A stretch of 64,000 nt of DNA from Patescibacteria group bacterium (GCA_041662665.1 JBAZSC010000001.1:449511-513510); one strand, 5' to 3'; counted from the stretch's first letter, positions 17,476-26,751 are shown. A program made the numbers and translations. Notes: generated from the letters alone by a model not told the origin.

Positions 17476-18657
17476 ATGCCAAATCCAGAACAACCAATGC
17501 AAGAAAATTTAGCAGATGTCAAAGAACCTCAACAACAAAATGTTGAAGGTCTTGAAATTGCAAAAACTCCGGAATTAGAAAAAGTTGTTGACGCAGCCAA
17601 CGTTTTAGCAGGAAAAATTGAACGAGATGAAAAAGTTACAAAGGGAGAAGTTGATGATTTAAGGGAAGCTTTGGGGCAAATGAAATTAAATGTTGCAGGA
17701 ATCGAAATGACACTTGAAGAAGCAAAAACAAAAGGAAAATTCTACATTGAATTTCTGCAAGGAAAATTTGAACATCATTCAGAGTTAACAATTCTAACTC
17801 CAGAAATGGCACAAATAATCGCTGATAGTCACCGTTGGTTCAGCTTCCCAAAAGTTACAGAAATTTCAGACGAGACAGCGAACATTTTGGGTCGGCATGA
17901 CAGAGATTTAAATCTTTCGGGCTTAACCTCATTAACTGATAGCGCTGCTAGAGCACTTGCTAGACACAAGGGTAACATGAGTGCCTTAGGTTTATCTGGC
18001 TTAACCGAAATTTCTGATGAAGCTGCAAGATGGTGGGGAATGAACAGAAATAGCAGATTATTTTTTAACGGCGTAACAACTCTTTCTGGAGTTGCTGCAG
18101 CAAGATTATCAGCACATGAGTCTGATCTTTATTTGGAAAAATTAGTTGCTCTTCCCGAAGACGTTGCTGAAGGACTTGGTCGTTTTGGAGGCTATGAATA
18201 TAATACTCATATTTTAGATCTGTCTGGCGTTGAAGATCTTTCAGCTGAAAGCGCAAAAAATTTAGTTTCTAATCCCTATAAAAAAATTAATTTAGGACTA
18301 AAAAATATTTCTGATGAAGTTGCTGAACATCTAGGTAAATTAAAAGGTGATTTGCATCTTGAATCTCTGACCGAAATTTCATTAGAAGCTGCTGAGGGGC
18401 TATCTCATATTGAAGGTGCTTTAGTTTTATCAGGACTTACCTCAATATCGGATGATATAGCGAAAAAATTGGCAAAGGTTAAAGGCGCTCTAAATTTGCA
18501 GGGCTTAAAAGAGTTGACTCCAGATGTAGCATCAGCACTCGCAACACATACAGACGAAGATGTTTTGTGGTTGCCAAAACTTCCTGATACTCCAAAAGAA
18601 GTTGAAGAAATTCTTGCTGACAAAACAAAAAAAAGATTAGTTATGTGGTGGAAGTAG
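17476..18657 (+). CDS. Array paralog P9. The longest member, 393 aa, with ~10 regular 24-aa LRR-like repeats and no KFKTKK tail.
   Basis: ATG at 17476 (residue 20 of track ORF 17419..18657). Repeat consensus LxLxGLTxISDxAAxxLxxHxGxL. Confidence 0.8.
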   Translation: MPNPEQPMQENLADVKEPQQQNVEGLEIAKTPELEKVVDAANVLAGKIERDEKVTKGEVDDLREALGQMKLNVAGIEMTLEEAKTKGKFYIEFLQGKFEHHSELTILTPEMAQIIADSHRWFSFPKVTEISDETANILGRHDRDLNLSGLTSLTDSAARALARHKGNMSALGLSGLTEISDEAARWWGMNRNSRLFFNGVTTLSGVAAARLSAHESDLYLEKLVALPEDVAEGLGRFGGYEYNTHILDLSGVEDLSAESAKNLVSNPYKKINLGLKNISDEVAEHLGKLKGDLHLESLTEISLEAAEGLSHIEGALVLSGLTSISDDIAKKLAKVKGALNLQGLKELTPDVASALATHTDEDVLWLPKLPDTPKEVEEILADKTKKRLVMWWK

Positions 18658-18673
18658 CTTTAACAATAAATAT

Positions 18674-19081
18674 ATGAAAAAAGTTTTAATCTTCGGCACA
18701 TTTGATCTTTTGCATCCAGGCCATCTCGATTTTTTCAAGCAAGCAAAAAAACTAGGGGACTATCTTGAAGTTATTGTTGCTCGTGATCAAACAGTCAGCG
18801 CAATCAAAAAACATCGGACATTATTCAATGAAAAAGACAGATTAGCCAATGTCAAAAATCAAAAGATTGTTGATGAAGCAAAATTGGGAAATTTAGATGA
18901 TCCATACAAAATAGTAAAACAAGAAAAGCCAGATATTATTGCCTTAGGCTATGATCAAAAATCATATACAGAAGAATTAGAAGACAAAATCAAGGAATTC
19001 GGTTTTAAAACAAAAATCGTCAGATTAAAATCATTTAAACCAGAAAAATATAAATCATCGAAATTAAAATTAAATTTGTAA
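18674..19081 (+). CDS. Cytidylyltransferase-family nucleotidyltransferase, RibL-like FMN adenylyltransferase
   Basis: IFGTFDLLHPGHLDF (HxGH motif), VIVARDQTV and KPDIIALGYDQ align closely with archaeal RibL (AGTFDILHPGH...VIVARDETV...KPDIIVLGPDQ). 135 aa. Confidence 0.6.
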   Translation: MKKVLIFGTFDLLHPGHLDFFKQAKKLGDYLEVIVARDQTVSAIKKHRTLFNEKDRLANVKNQKIVDEAKLGNLDDPYKIVKQEKPDIIALGYDQKSYTEELEDKIKEFGFKTKIVRLKSFKPEKYKSSKLKLNL

Positions 19082-19122
19082 ACGGTAGCGACAGGGCACT
19101 GCCCTGTCGCTACGCCATACAA
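19082..19122 (+). terminator. GC-rich perfect palindrome ggtagcgacagggca-ctg-ccctgtcgctacg
   Basis: Roughly 13-bp stem between the RibL-like gene and cutA. There is no U-tract. Confidence 0.4.
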
Positions 19123-19123
19123 T

Positions 19124-19441
19124 ATGAACATATTCTATGACATCCACACAACCTGTAAAAATCTAGAAGAAGCCAGAAAAATTGGCCATGCTTTAGTTTT
19201 ACAAAAATTAGCAATTTGTGTTAATATAATAGAAAAGGTCAATTCAATCTATTGGTGGGAAGGAAAAATAGTTGATGAGAGTGAATCCTTGTTATTATTA
19301 AAAACAAAAAAAGAAAAAGTCGATCAAGTAATCAAGTTGATAACTAAAATGCACAGCTATAAATTGCCAGGCATTTCAGTTTACAAAATCGACAAAGTCA
19401 CAAAAGAAATAGAAAAATGGATTAATGAGTCGTTGAAGTAG
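19124..19441 (+). CDS. cutA: Divalent-cation tolerance protein CutA
   Basis: 105-aa CutA1 fold signature (...LAICVNIIEKVNSIYWWEGKI...ESLLLLKT). Confidence 0.7.
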   Translation: MNIFYDIHTTCKNLEEARKIGHALVLQKLAICVNIIEKVNSIYWWEGKIVDESESLLLLKTKKEKVDQVIKLITKMHSYKLPGISVYKIDKVTKEIEKWINESLK

Positions 19442-19544
19442 TATTCGTAATTCGCAACATTTGCATTATTTGTACTTTGTCCGCCGAAGTCCCGCAGGAC
19501 GAAGGCGGAGATTTGTATTATATTTATTTAATAAAACCAAACAA

Positions 19545-20786
19545 ATGAAAACAAAAATCCTCGTTTTTGCTTTCGCATTGTTGCTCTTGCTACCGATCGG
19601 CTTTGTTTCAGCTTATGACATCAGGAGTACAGAAGGAACAGCAACAATCTCAAGCACAGAAACAATTCAAGACGATCTCATGATCGCCGGACAATCAGTC
19701 CAAATTGATGGCGTTGTCTCTGGCGATGTTTATGCAGTTGGACAAACAGTCACAATAAGTTCAGACGCAAAAGTTTTAGGAAATTTATTTACTGCTGCTC
19801 AAATAGTAAATATTGATGGAACTGTTGAAGGCGATGTTTTTGCTGCTGGCGCAAATGTAAATATTACTGGCTCAGTAAAAAATGGCATTATGGCTTTTGC
19901 TGGAATGATTTCTGTTGCTCCAAAAGCAACTCTAGATAGCAATAATGCAACATTTTTCGGTGGCACAATTGATATTAGTAAAAATGCCAATTTCTCAAAA
20001 GATTTAATTGTTAATGGCGGTGTAACTAATTTCAAAGGTACAGTTGATAATAATTTAACAATTAATGCTGGTACAGTTGATGTTTCAGGACAAGTCAAAA
20101 AAGATGCAACAATTACTGCTTCGGACAAATTAGTTTTTAATTCCGGTGCTAAAGTTGATGGCAATTTAAATTATACAGCTCCAGAAAAAGCAGAATTTAA
20201 GAGCGGATCAAGTGTCTCTGGTGAAACAAAATTTACTCAATTTACAAAAGAACAACAAAAAAATGTTGGCAAGAAAAATCATTCAAACTGGTTTGCAATG
20301 TCAGCATTCAAAATCGCTTCAGGTTTTGTCAGCATGATTTGTTTAATTGTTGTTTCAATTATTACGGCTGCAGTTGCAAAAAAATACAGCTTAAATTTTG
20401 TTGAACAATTAAAAACAAAGACTTGGGCATCATTAGGTTGGGGCCTATTAGTTGTTTTTGTTGCACCGATTGCTATGCTAATCTTGTTTGTAACAATTAT
20501 TGGAATTCCATTGGCTTTGCTAGTTTTACCAATTTACATTGTCTTAATGTATTTTGCAAAAGTATTTGCTTCAATCTGTACAGGCTACTTCATTATCAAA
20601 TCAATCAACAAAAAAGAACCAAATTTGATCTTATCAGCAGTTTTAGGTGTTATTGTTTTGAGCATAATAATGATGATTCCATTTATAGGATTTTTAGCAA
20701 AATTAGCTGTAATTTCTCTAGGTATTGGTGGTATTATTCTAGCTTGCAAAGCATATCATAAGAATTCTTCAGCAAAAAAAGCCTAA
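19545..20786 (+). CDS. Secreted/membrane protein: signal peptide, bactofilin-like beta-helical repeats, C-terminal multi-TM domain
   Basis: First ATG at 19545 (MKTKILVFAFALLLLLPIGFVSA). Repetitive V.G.V.G.V segments. Four or five C-terminal TM helices. Confidence 0.55.
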   Translation: MKTKILVFAFALLLLLPIGFVSAYDIRSTEGTATISSTETIQDDLMIAGQSVQIDGVVSGDVYAVGQTVTISSDAKVLGNLFTAAQIVNIDGTVEGDVFAAGANVNITGSVKNGIMAFAGMISVAPKATLDSNNATFFGGTIDISKNANFSKDLIVNGGVTNFKGTVDNNLTINAGTVDVSGQVKKDATITASDKLVFNSGAKVDGNLNYTAPEKAEFKSGSSVSGETKFTQFTKEQQKNVGKKNHSNWFAMSAFKIASGFVSMICLIVVSIITAAVAKKYSLNFVEQLKTKTWASLGWGLLVVFVAPIAMLILFVTIIGIPLALLVLPIYIVLMYFAKVFASICTGYFIIKSINKKEPNLILSAVLGVIVLSIIMMIPFIGFLAKLAVISLGIGGIILACKAYHKNSSAKKA

Positions 20787-20895
20787 CTTAGTTACAGATT
20801 GACAATTTCGTGATTTTCTTATAACTTATAAGCAAACAGTTAACAGTTAACATTTTACAGTTAACAGTTAATTGTTAATAGTTAAGTGTTATTTT

Positions 20896-22164
20896 ATGCT
20901 TGATATTAATCTTATCAGAAAAGACAAAAAATTAGTCATGAAAGCTCTTCATGACCGCAATATGAAGTTTGATATTGATCATCTTTTAGATTTAGATTTG
21001 GAAAAAAGAAGATTGCAAATGAAAGTTGACGAACTTCATGCCAAACAAAATAAAGCATCTGATGAGATTGCAAAGCTTGAAGGCTCAAAAAAACAACAAG
21101 CCATTCTTGATATTAAAGGTACTTCTGAGAGATTAAAAGACCTAGAATCAAAATGCAACAAATTAGATGAAGAGCTTGAAAAATTAATGTATGAACTTCC
21201 AAACATACCAAGACCAGATGTTAAAGTTGGCAAGAATGAATCTGAAAATGAAGTTATTAAAAAAGTAGGCGAGCCAACTAAATTTGATTTTGATCCAAAA
21301 GATCATTTAGCCTTAGGCGAAAAATTAGATTTAATTGACACAAAGAGAGCTGGAAAAGTTTCTGGTTCTCGTTTTAATTATTTAAAAAGAGAATTAGTTT
21401 TGTTAGAATTTGCTTTAGCCAGATTTGTCATTGATGAATTAACTAAAGACGGATTTATTCCAGTTATTCCTCCTCAAATCGTTTCTGAAAAATCAATGCA
21501 AGCAATGGGTTATCTTGCTCATGGCGGAGAAGAGGAGACTTATCATTTTGCAAAAGACAAACAATATTTTATCGGTACTTCAGAACAATCGGTTGGTCCA
21601 ATGCACATGGATGAAATTTTTAAAGAATCAGATTTACCAAAACGTTACATTGCATTCTCAACTTGCTTTAGACGAGAAGCAGGATCCTATGGCAAAGATA
21701 CTTATGGAATTTTACGCCAGCATCAATTTGATAAATTAGAAATGTTTGTTCTTGCCAAGCCAGAAGAATCAGACAAAGAGCATGAATTTTTATTAGGTCT
21801 TGAAGAAAGATTAGTCAAAGCTCTAAATTTGCCTTATCAAGTTGTCAAAATGTGTACAGGCGATTTAGGTGATCCAGCAGCTCGAAAATATGACATTGAA
21901 ACTTGGCTTCCATCACAGAAAAAATATCGTGAAACTCATTCTGCATCAACTTGCACAGATTTTCAAGCTCGCAGATTAAACATCAAATATCGCGATACAG
22001 AAAAAAATAAAAATGAATTTGTTCATACTTTGAATGGCACAGGTTTTGCCATCGGCAGAATCTTAATTGCTATCATGGAAAATAATCAACAAAAAGACGG
22101 CTCAATAAAAATTCCAGAAGTTCTATGGGGATATTGTAATATCAAAGAGATCAAGCGTTCATAA
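20896..22164 (+). CDS. serS: Seryl-tRNA synthetase
   Basis: N-terminal coiled-coil tRNA-binding arm. Class II core with SerRS-like motifs (FRRE.GS, GTGFAIGRILIAIMENNQ). First ATG is residue 9 of the track ORF, which uses TTG. Confidence 0.9.
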   Translation: MLDINLIRKDKKLVMKALHDRNMKFDIDHLLDLDLEKRRLQMKVDELHAKQNKASDEIAKLEGSKKQQAILDIKGTSERLKDLESKCNKLDEELEKLMYELPNIPRPDVKVGKNESENEVIKKVGEPTKFDFDPKDHLALGEKLDLIDTKRAGKVSGSRFNYLKRELVLLEFALARFVIDELTKDGFIPVIPPQIVSEKSMQAMGYLAHGGEEETYHFAKDKQYFIGTSEQSVGPMHMDEIFKESDLPKRYIAFSTCFRREAGSYGKDTYGILRQHQFDKLEMFVLAKPEESDKEHEFLLGLEERLVKALNLPYQVVKMCTGDLGDPAARKYDIETWLPSQKKYRETHSASTCTDFQARRLNIKYRDTEKNKNEFVHTLNGTGFAIGRILIAIMENNQQKDGSIKIPEVLWGYCNIKEIKRS

Positions 22165-22271
22165 TTTTTGTCCATTTGTTTCATCCGCGTGAAATCAGTT
22201 GAATCAGTTTCGGCGGATTTAACGGATTGCAAGCGGATATGTATCGATTTAAATAATGTAATTCAGCAAAA

Positions 22272-23420
22272 ATGATTAATTACAGAACATGGCTTGAGAT
22301 AAATGAGCAAGCCCTAATTTATAATTTACAGCAATTCAGAAAAATTATCGGCTCTCAAAAAATTTTAGCAGCAGTAATAAAATCAAATGCTTATGGGCAT
22401 GGACTTTTAGAAGTTGCTAAAATTTTAGAAAAATCAGAAGCTGATTGGTTTATTGTTGACTCAATTGATGAAGCACTCACACTAAAACAAAAAAACACTA
22501 AAACAAAAAAACAAATAATTATTTTAGATTATACAATTTTAAATAGATTAGAAGATGTTGTTAAAAATGGTTTTCGTCAAGTAGTTTATAATAAAGAAAC
22601 AATACAAAAGCTTGGTGAAATTTCAAAAAAATTAAACAAAAAAGTTTATATTCATTTGAAATTAGAAACTGGTATTTCTCGCCAAGGAGTTTTAGAAGAA
22701 GAGATCAAGGATATAATTAAATTAATTAAGAAATTTCCAAATTTAATTTTGGAAGGTATCTTAGCTCATTTTGCAAATATAGAAGATACAACTGACCATT
22801 CTTATGCGCAAATGCAATTAGAGAGATTCAAGAAAATGATTGCTATTGCTGAAAAAGAATATGGCCAAAAAATTAAAATCAAACATACTGCAAGTTCTGC
22901 AGCAACAATATTATTTCCAGAAACTCATTTTGATCTAGTTAGAACTGGCATTAGCATTTATGGCTTTTGGTCATCAAATGAAACAAAATTATCAGCTACT
23001 CACAAAAAAATTAATTTTAATTTAAAGCCAGTTCTAGAATGGAAGACAATAATTGTAAAAATTAAAAATCTAAAAGCTGAAACTCCTGTTAGCTATGGAC
23101 TAACAGAAATTTTGCATCAAGATTCAAAAATCGCTGTTGTGCCAATTGGATATTATGATGGTTTTGATCGCAAATTATCTAGCATTGGAAATGTTTTGAT
23201 TAAAGGCAAGCGCTGCAAAATTTTAGGTCGTATCTGCATGAATATGTTTATGGTTGATGTCTCGCATATTGAAAATTTGAAGCTTGAAGATGAAGTTATT
23301 TTGATAGGCAAGCAAGGCAATGAACAAATTACAGCTGATGAAATTGCCAAAAAGATTAATACAATAAATTATGAAATTGTGACACGTATTAATCCGCTGA
23401 TTAAAAGAATTATTGTATAA
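22272..23420 (+). CDS. alr: Alanine racemase
   Basis: PLP-lysine motif AVIKSNAYGHG. 382 aa. Adjacent to murI. Confidence 0.85.
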   Translation: MINYRTWLEINEQALIYNLQQFRKIIGSQKILAAVIKSNAYGHGLLEVAKILEKSEADWFIVDSIDEALTLKQKNTKTKKQIIILDYTILNRLEDVVKNGFRQVVYNKETIQKLGEISKKLNKKVYIHLKLETGISRQGVLEEEIKDIIKLIKKFPNLILEGILAHFANIEDTTDHSYAQMQLERFKKMIAIAEKEYGQKIKIKHTASSAATILFPETHFDLVRTGISIYGFWSSNETKLSATHKKINFNLKPVLEWKTIIVKIKNLKAETPVSYGLTEILHQDSKIAVVPIGYYDGFDRKLSSIGNVLIKGKRCKILGRICMNMFMVDVSHIENLKLEDEVILIGKQGNEQITADEIAKKINTINYEIVTRINPLIKRIIV

Positions 23421-23516
23421 ATTACAAATCCCAAATCCCAAATCCCAAACAAATTACAAATAACAAATTACAAAGATTTTTGTTTGTGATTTGGAGCTTG
23501 TGATTTGTTTGGAATT

Positions 23517-23550
23517 TGTCACCCTTCGGGTGATCTCCCGTAGGGAGAGA
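23517..23550 (+). terminator. Twin GC hairpin element cacccttcgggtg + ctcccgtagggag. A second copy is at 34877-34907.
   Basis: Two adjacent 5-6 bp GC stems with tetraloops (ttcg, gtag) in the AT-rich spacer downstream of alr. Confidence 0.4.
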
Positions 23551-23579
23551 ATTTGGAATTTGTTTTTTAAGTTAATATT

Positions 23580-24371
23580 ATGATAGGAATTTTCGATTCC
23601 GGCGTCGGCGGTCTGACCGTTGCTCGCCAAATTATAAAAAAATTACCAGAATATCAGATTATTTATTTTGGTGATACAGCTAGGACTCCTTACGGAAATA
23701 AAAGCAAAGAAACAATTATTAAGTATGCAATTCAGGATACTAAATTTTTATTGAAAAATGGTGCGAAAATAATTGTTATTGCTTGCCATACAGCCTCAGC
23801 AGTCGCTGCAACAGAACTTCGAAAAAAGTTTCCAGATGTCCCAATTTTTGATGTTGTAAAAGCTGGATTGATTAAAGCTGAAAGAGTCACAAAAAATAAT
23901 AAAGTTGGAATTATCGGAACAAGAGCAACAATTTTTAGCCAAGTCCATGAAAATTATTTAAAAAAACTTAATAAAGACATCAAAGTTTATACTGAAGCTT
24001 GTCCATTGATTGTTCCACTAGTTGAAGAAGACTGGATCAATCGTCCTGAAACAAAAAAAATTGTAAAATATTATCTAAAGCCTTTTCGAAAACAAAAAAT
24101 AGACACTTTAGTTTTAGCTTGCACTCATTATCCTTTAGCAAAAGAAGCAATCAAAAAAGCAATCAAAAGAAAAATTAACATTATCGATCCAGGAGAAGAA
24201 GTAGCAAAAGAATTAGAGCTATTTTTGAAAAATCATCCAGTAATTGAAAAAAGATTATTAAAAAGCAAGAAACACAAATTCTTTGTCAGCGATATTCCAT
24301 TCAAATTTCAAGAATTTTCCGAAAAAATATTAGATCAAAAAATAAAAGTCAAACAAATAAGTCTTGATTAA
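23580..24371 (+). CDS. murI: Glutamate racemase
   Basis: IGIFDSGVGGLTV and ACHTAS (Cys motif) and ACTHYP. Confidence 0.9.
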   Translation: MIGIFDSGVGGLTVARQIIKKLPEYQIIYFGDTARTPYGNKSKETIIKYAIQDTKFLLKNGAKIIVIACHTASAVAATELRKKFPDVPIFDVVKAGLIKAERVTKNNKVGIIGTRATIFSQVHENYLKKLNKDIKVYTEACPLIVPLVEEDWINRPETKKIVKYYLKPFRKQKIDTLVLACTHYPLAKEAIKKAIKRKINIIDPGEEVAKELELFLKNHPVIEKRLLKSKKHKFFVSDIPFKFQEFSEKILDQKIKVKQISLD

Positions 24372-25495
24372 TGGAAATATTATTTACCAAATTTAATTTC
24401 GTACTAGCATTTGCTTTGGCTTTTTTGGTTACTTTATTATTCACTTATCTAATTAGAAAAGTAGCTTTACAGTATCAGATTGTTGATCGTCCCAACAAAA
24501 AAAGAAAAATTCACCGAAATAATATGCCACTCATGGGAGGACTGGCAATTTATCTCGGTTTTTTTATTTCGCTTAGCTATTTCATTTTAATCGACAGAGA
24601 TTTTTTTAGTGGTTACATGTTGCCAAAATATATTTTAGGATTAGCACTGGGAGGATTAATCCTAATTATTGGTGGAATTATTGATGACAAATATAATCTA
24701 AGTCCAAAAAAACAATTTATTTTTCCTATTATTTCTTGTTTAATTGTTATAGTTTCTGGAATCGGAATTACATTTATCAGTAATCCATTCGGCAACACAA
24801 TCAATTTAGATGAAATAAAAATACAGCTTTTTACGATTAATAATATTCCATATTTTTTCACAGTTTTTGCTGATATTTTTACATTGATTTGGTTGCTTGG
24901 CATGATTTACACTACAAAATTCTTAGATGGTATGGATGGATTAGTTTCTGGAATTTCTGTAATTGCATCAGTCATATTATTTTTCTTAAGCTTGAGTACA
25001 AAAGTCATGCAACCAGAAACAGCTTTGCTCTGCATTATTTTAGCTGGTGCATCATTAGGATTTTTAATTTTTAATTTTCATCCAGCCAAGATATTTTTAG
25101 GCGAAGGCGGAAGCACACTCATCGGATTTATGTTAGGCGCACTAGCTATAATATCTGGTGGCAAAATCGCAACAGCATTATTAATAATGGGCATACCAAT
25201 TCTTGATGTTATTTGGGTAATTTTAAGACGTATCTTTAAACACAAATCTCCATTCGAAGCAGACAGGCAACATCTTCATTTTCGCCTTTATGATTTAGGC
25301 TTCTCACAAAGAACAGCTGTCATTTTTCTCTGGTCAATTTCAGCATTATTTGGCCTTTTTGCACTCTTTATTCAAGGCAAGGATAAAATATTAGCCTTTG
25401 CTATATTACTTGGCTTAATGGTCATTTTAGCGATTTTACTTGTAATTTTTTTCAAGAAAAAACAGACTAGAAAGTCTGTAAAAGGTTCAAGGTAA
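24371..25495 (+). CDS. Polyprenyl-phosphate sugar-1-phosphate transferase, WecA/TagO/MraY family
   Basis: DRPNKKRKIHRNNMPLMGG motif (WecA-like DxPxxRKxH..P..GG). About 10 TM helices. Confidence 0.65.
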   Translation: MEILFTKFNFVLAFALAFLVTLLFTYLIRKVALQYQIVDRPNKKRKIHRNNMPLMGGLAIYLGFFISLSYFILIDRDFFSGYMLPKYILGLALGGLILIIGGIIDDKYNLSPKKQFIFPIISCLIVIVSGIGITFISNPFGNTINLDEIKIQLFTINNIPYFFTVFADIFTLIWLLGMIYTTKFLDGMDGLVSGISVIASVILFFLSLSTKVMQPETALLCIILAGASLGFLIFNFHPAKIFLGEGGSTLIGFMLGALAIISGGKIATALLIMGIPILDVIWVILRRIFKHKSPFEADRQHLHFRLYDLGFSQRTAVIFLWSISALFGLFALFIQGKDKILAFAILLGLMVILAILLVIFFKKKQTRKSVKGSR

Positions 25496-25873
25496 AATGC
25501 AACAAGGATCAGCAATGATTTGATCACAAAGATCTTTACAAAGTGGCAAATGAGGGATGCCTTTCATTTGGCAAAGTTCAACAACCTGAGGCCCAATAAT
25601 TTGTCCGCCAACTTCTTCTGCATAAAGTACGATTTTGATTTTGCTAGCAACACCATCCATTAAATCATTGTTAGCAGCATGAATGTCAGTTACTTGAATA
25701 ACAGTATAGGTTTGCATCAACTGTCTGTTCATTCTAACTCGAAATTCATTTCTTAAATCACTGACAATATAAATAACGAAATTCTTATACTTATCGCTTT
25801 CTTCATCAACACTTGGTTTTCCTTCAGTTTCGCTATCTACAGCAGGATCCTTAGCAAGCTTTTTTCGGCCCAT
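25487..25873 (-). CDS. Hypothetical protein, GC-elevated, Cys-rich C-terminus. Start taken at first ATG; the track ORF begins at an upstream TTG.
   Basis: ORF downstream of the receiver-domain gene. Own RBS ggaggg. A GCAGAT-n7-ATCTGC palindrome and promoter-like TTGACA lie in the 70-bp spacer. Confidence 0.45.
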   Translation of the reverse strand: MGRKKLAKDPAVDSETEGKPSVDEESDKYKNFVIYIVSDLRNEFRVRMNRQLMQTYTVIQVTDIHAANNDLMDGVASKIKIVLYAEEVGGQIIGPQVVELCQMKGIPHLPLCKDLCDQIIADPCCILP

Positions 25874-25977
25874 CTCTTTTTTCCCTCCGCGCCTCCGATC
25901 CAAATATAGAATAGCAGATTATTTGCATCTGCACAAATTTAAATAAAAAAAAGACAGGTTTACTGTCAAAAAAAGAG

Positions 25978-26325
25978 CTACAGCTTTGAAAAAATTGAAT
26001 GAACGAGGTCGACCAAGATCGGAATCTCAGTCTTCCCCCAGAAATACTCATAGTTTTCCGCCAGCTCTTCTCTCGCACTGCTCATCACAATGCAAGGAAT
26101 ATTGGCAGAATCACAGTATCTCTTCACCACATCGCCACAGGCAATAGGCATGTGGTAATCAGTGATCACGAGGTCGAAATGCCCCTGATTATTGAGAACA
26201 TCCAGGGCGTTTCGTCCATCGCGAGCACATGAAATTTCATAATCTTCCATCTCCAGAAACATCATGATCGTTTCCCTGTTATCAGCATTGTCATCGACCA
26301 CCAGGATCCTCTTGCTCCCCCCCAT
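25978..26325 (-). CDS. Stand-alone CheY-like response-regulator receiver domain
   Basis: MGGSKRILVVDDNADNRE..., DLVITDYHMP (phospho-Asp) and IVMS. Start at the first ATG after a G-rich RBS. Confidence 0.7.
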   Translation of the reverse strand: MGGSKRILVVDDNADNRETIMMFLEMEDYEISCARDGRNALDVLNNQGHFDLVITDYHMPIACGDVVKRYCDSANIPCIVMSSAREELAENYEYFWGKTEIPILVDLVHSIFSKL

Positions 26326-26436
26326 TTCACCCCCCCTTTGCCACCCCCCAGGTGACAAATAATGATATCATAGAACATCAAAAAAGTCAAGAGAAAAAGA
26401 CTTGACCAATCTAAAAAATAGGCATATACTGAATCT

Positions 26437-26751
26437 ATGACAAAATTTGCAATTATAAAAACAGGCGGAAAACAATACAAAGTCTCTGAAGGAGACATTA
26501 TTTTAATTGACAAAATTCTAGAGCCAAAGAAGACTTTAGAATTTAAAGAAGTGCTTTTATTCGTTAATGAAAAAGATACTAAGATTGGTGCACCAAAAAT
26601 TTCAGGAACAAAGGTAGAAGCTGATGTTTTGAGAGCAGAAGTAAAAGGCGATAAGGTTTTGACTGTTAAATACAAGTCTAAAAAAAGATTCAAAAAAACA
26701 GTTGGTTTCAGACCAAGATACACAGAAGTAAAAATTACAAAGATTTCGTAA
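26437..26751 (+). CDS. rplU: 50S ribosomal protein L21
   Basis: MTKFAIIKTGGKQYKVSEGDIILIDKI. 104 aa. Confidence 0.9.
   Translation: MTKFAIIKTGGKQYKVSEGDIILIDKILEPKKTLEFKEVLLFVNEKDTKIGAPKISGTKVEADVLRAEVKGDKVLTVKYKSKKRFKKTVGFRPRYTEVKITKIS

Noticed and set aside
19799-20761. ORFs 19799..20164(-) and 20423..20761(+) overlapping the beta-helix membrane protein
   Set aside because: Shadow ORFs in a Gly/Val-rich repetitive gene.
25487-25873. KaiB-like or Roadblock/MglB-like identity for the 128-aa protein next to the receiver domain
   Set aside because: Only a vague beta-alpha-beta pattern resemblance with no diagnostic motifs. Left as hypothetical.
26262-26723. ORF 26262..26723(-), 153 aa, overlapping rplU, and 25851..26078(-)/25999..26232(+)
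   Set aside because: They overlap the confidently assigned L21 and receiver-domain genes. No RBS.
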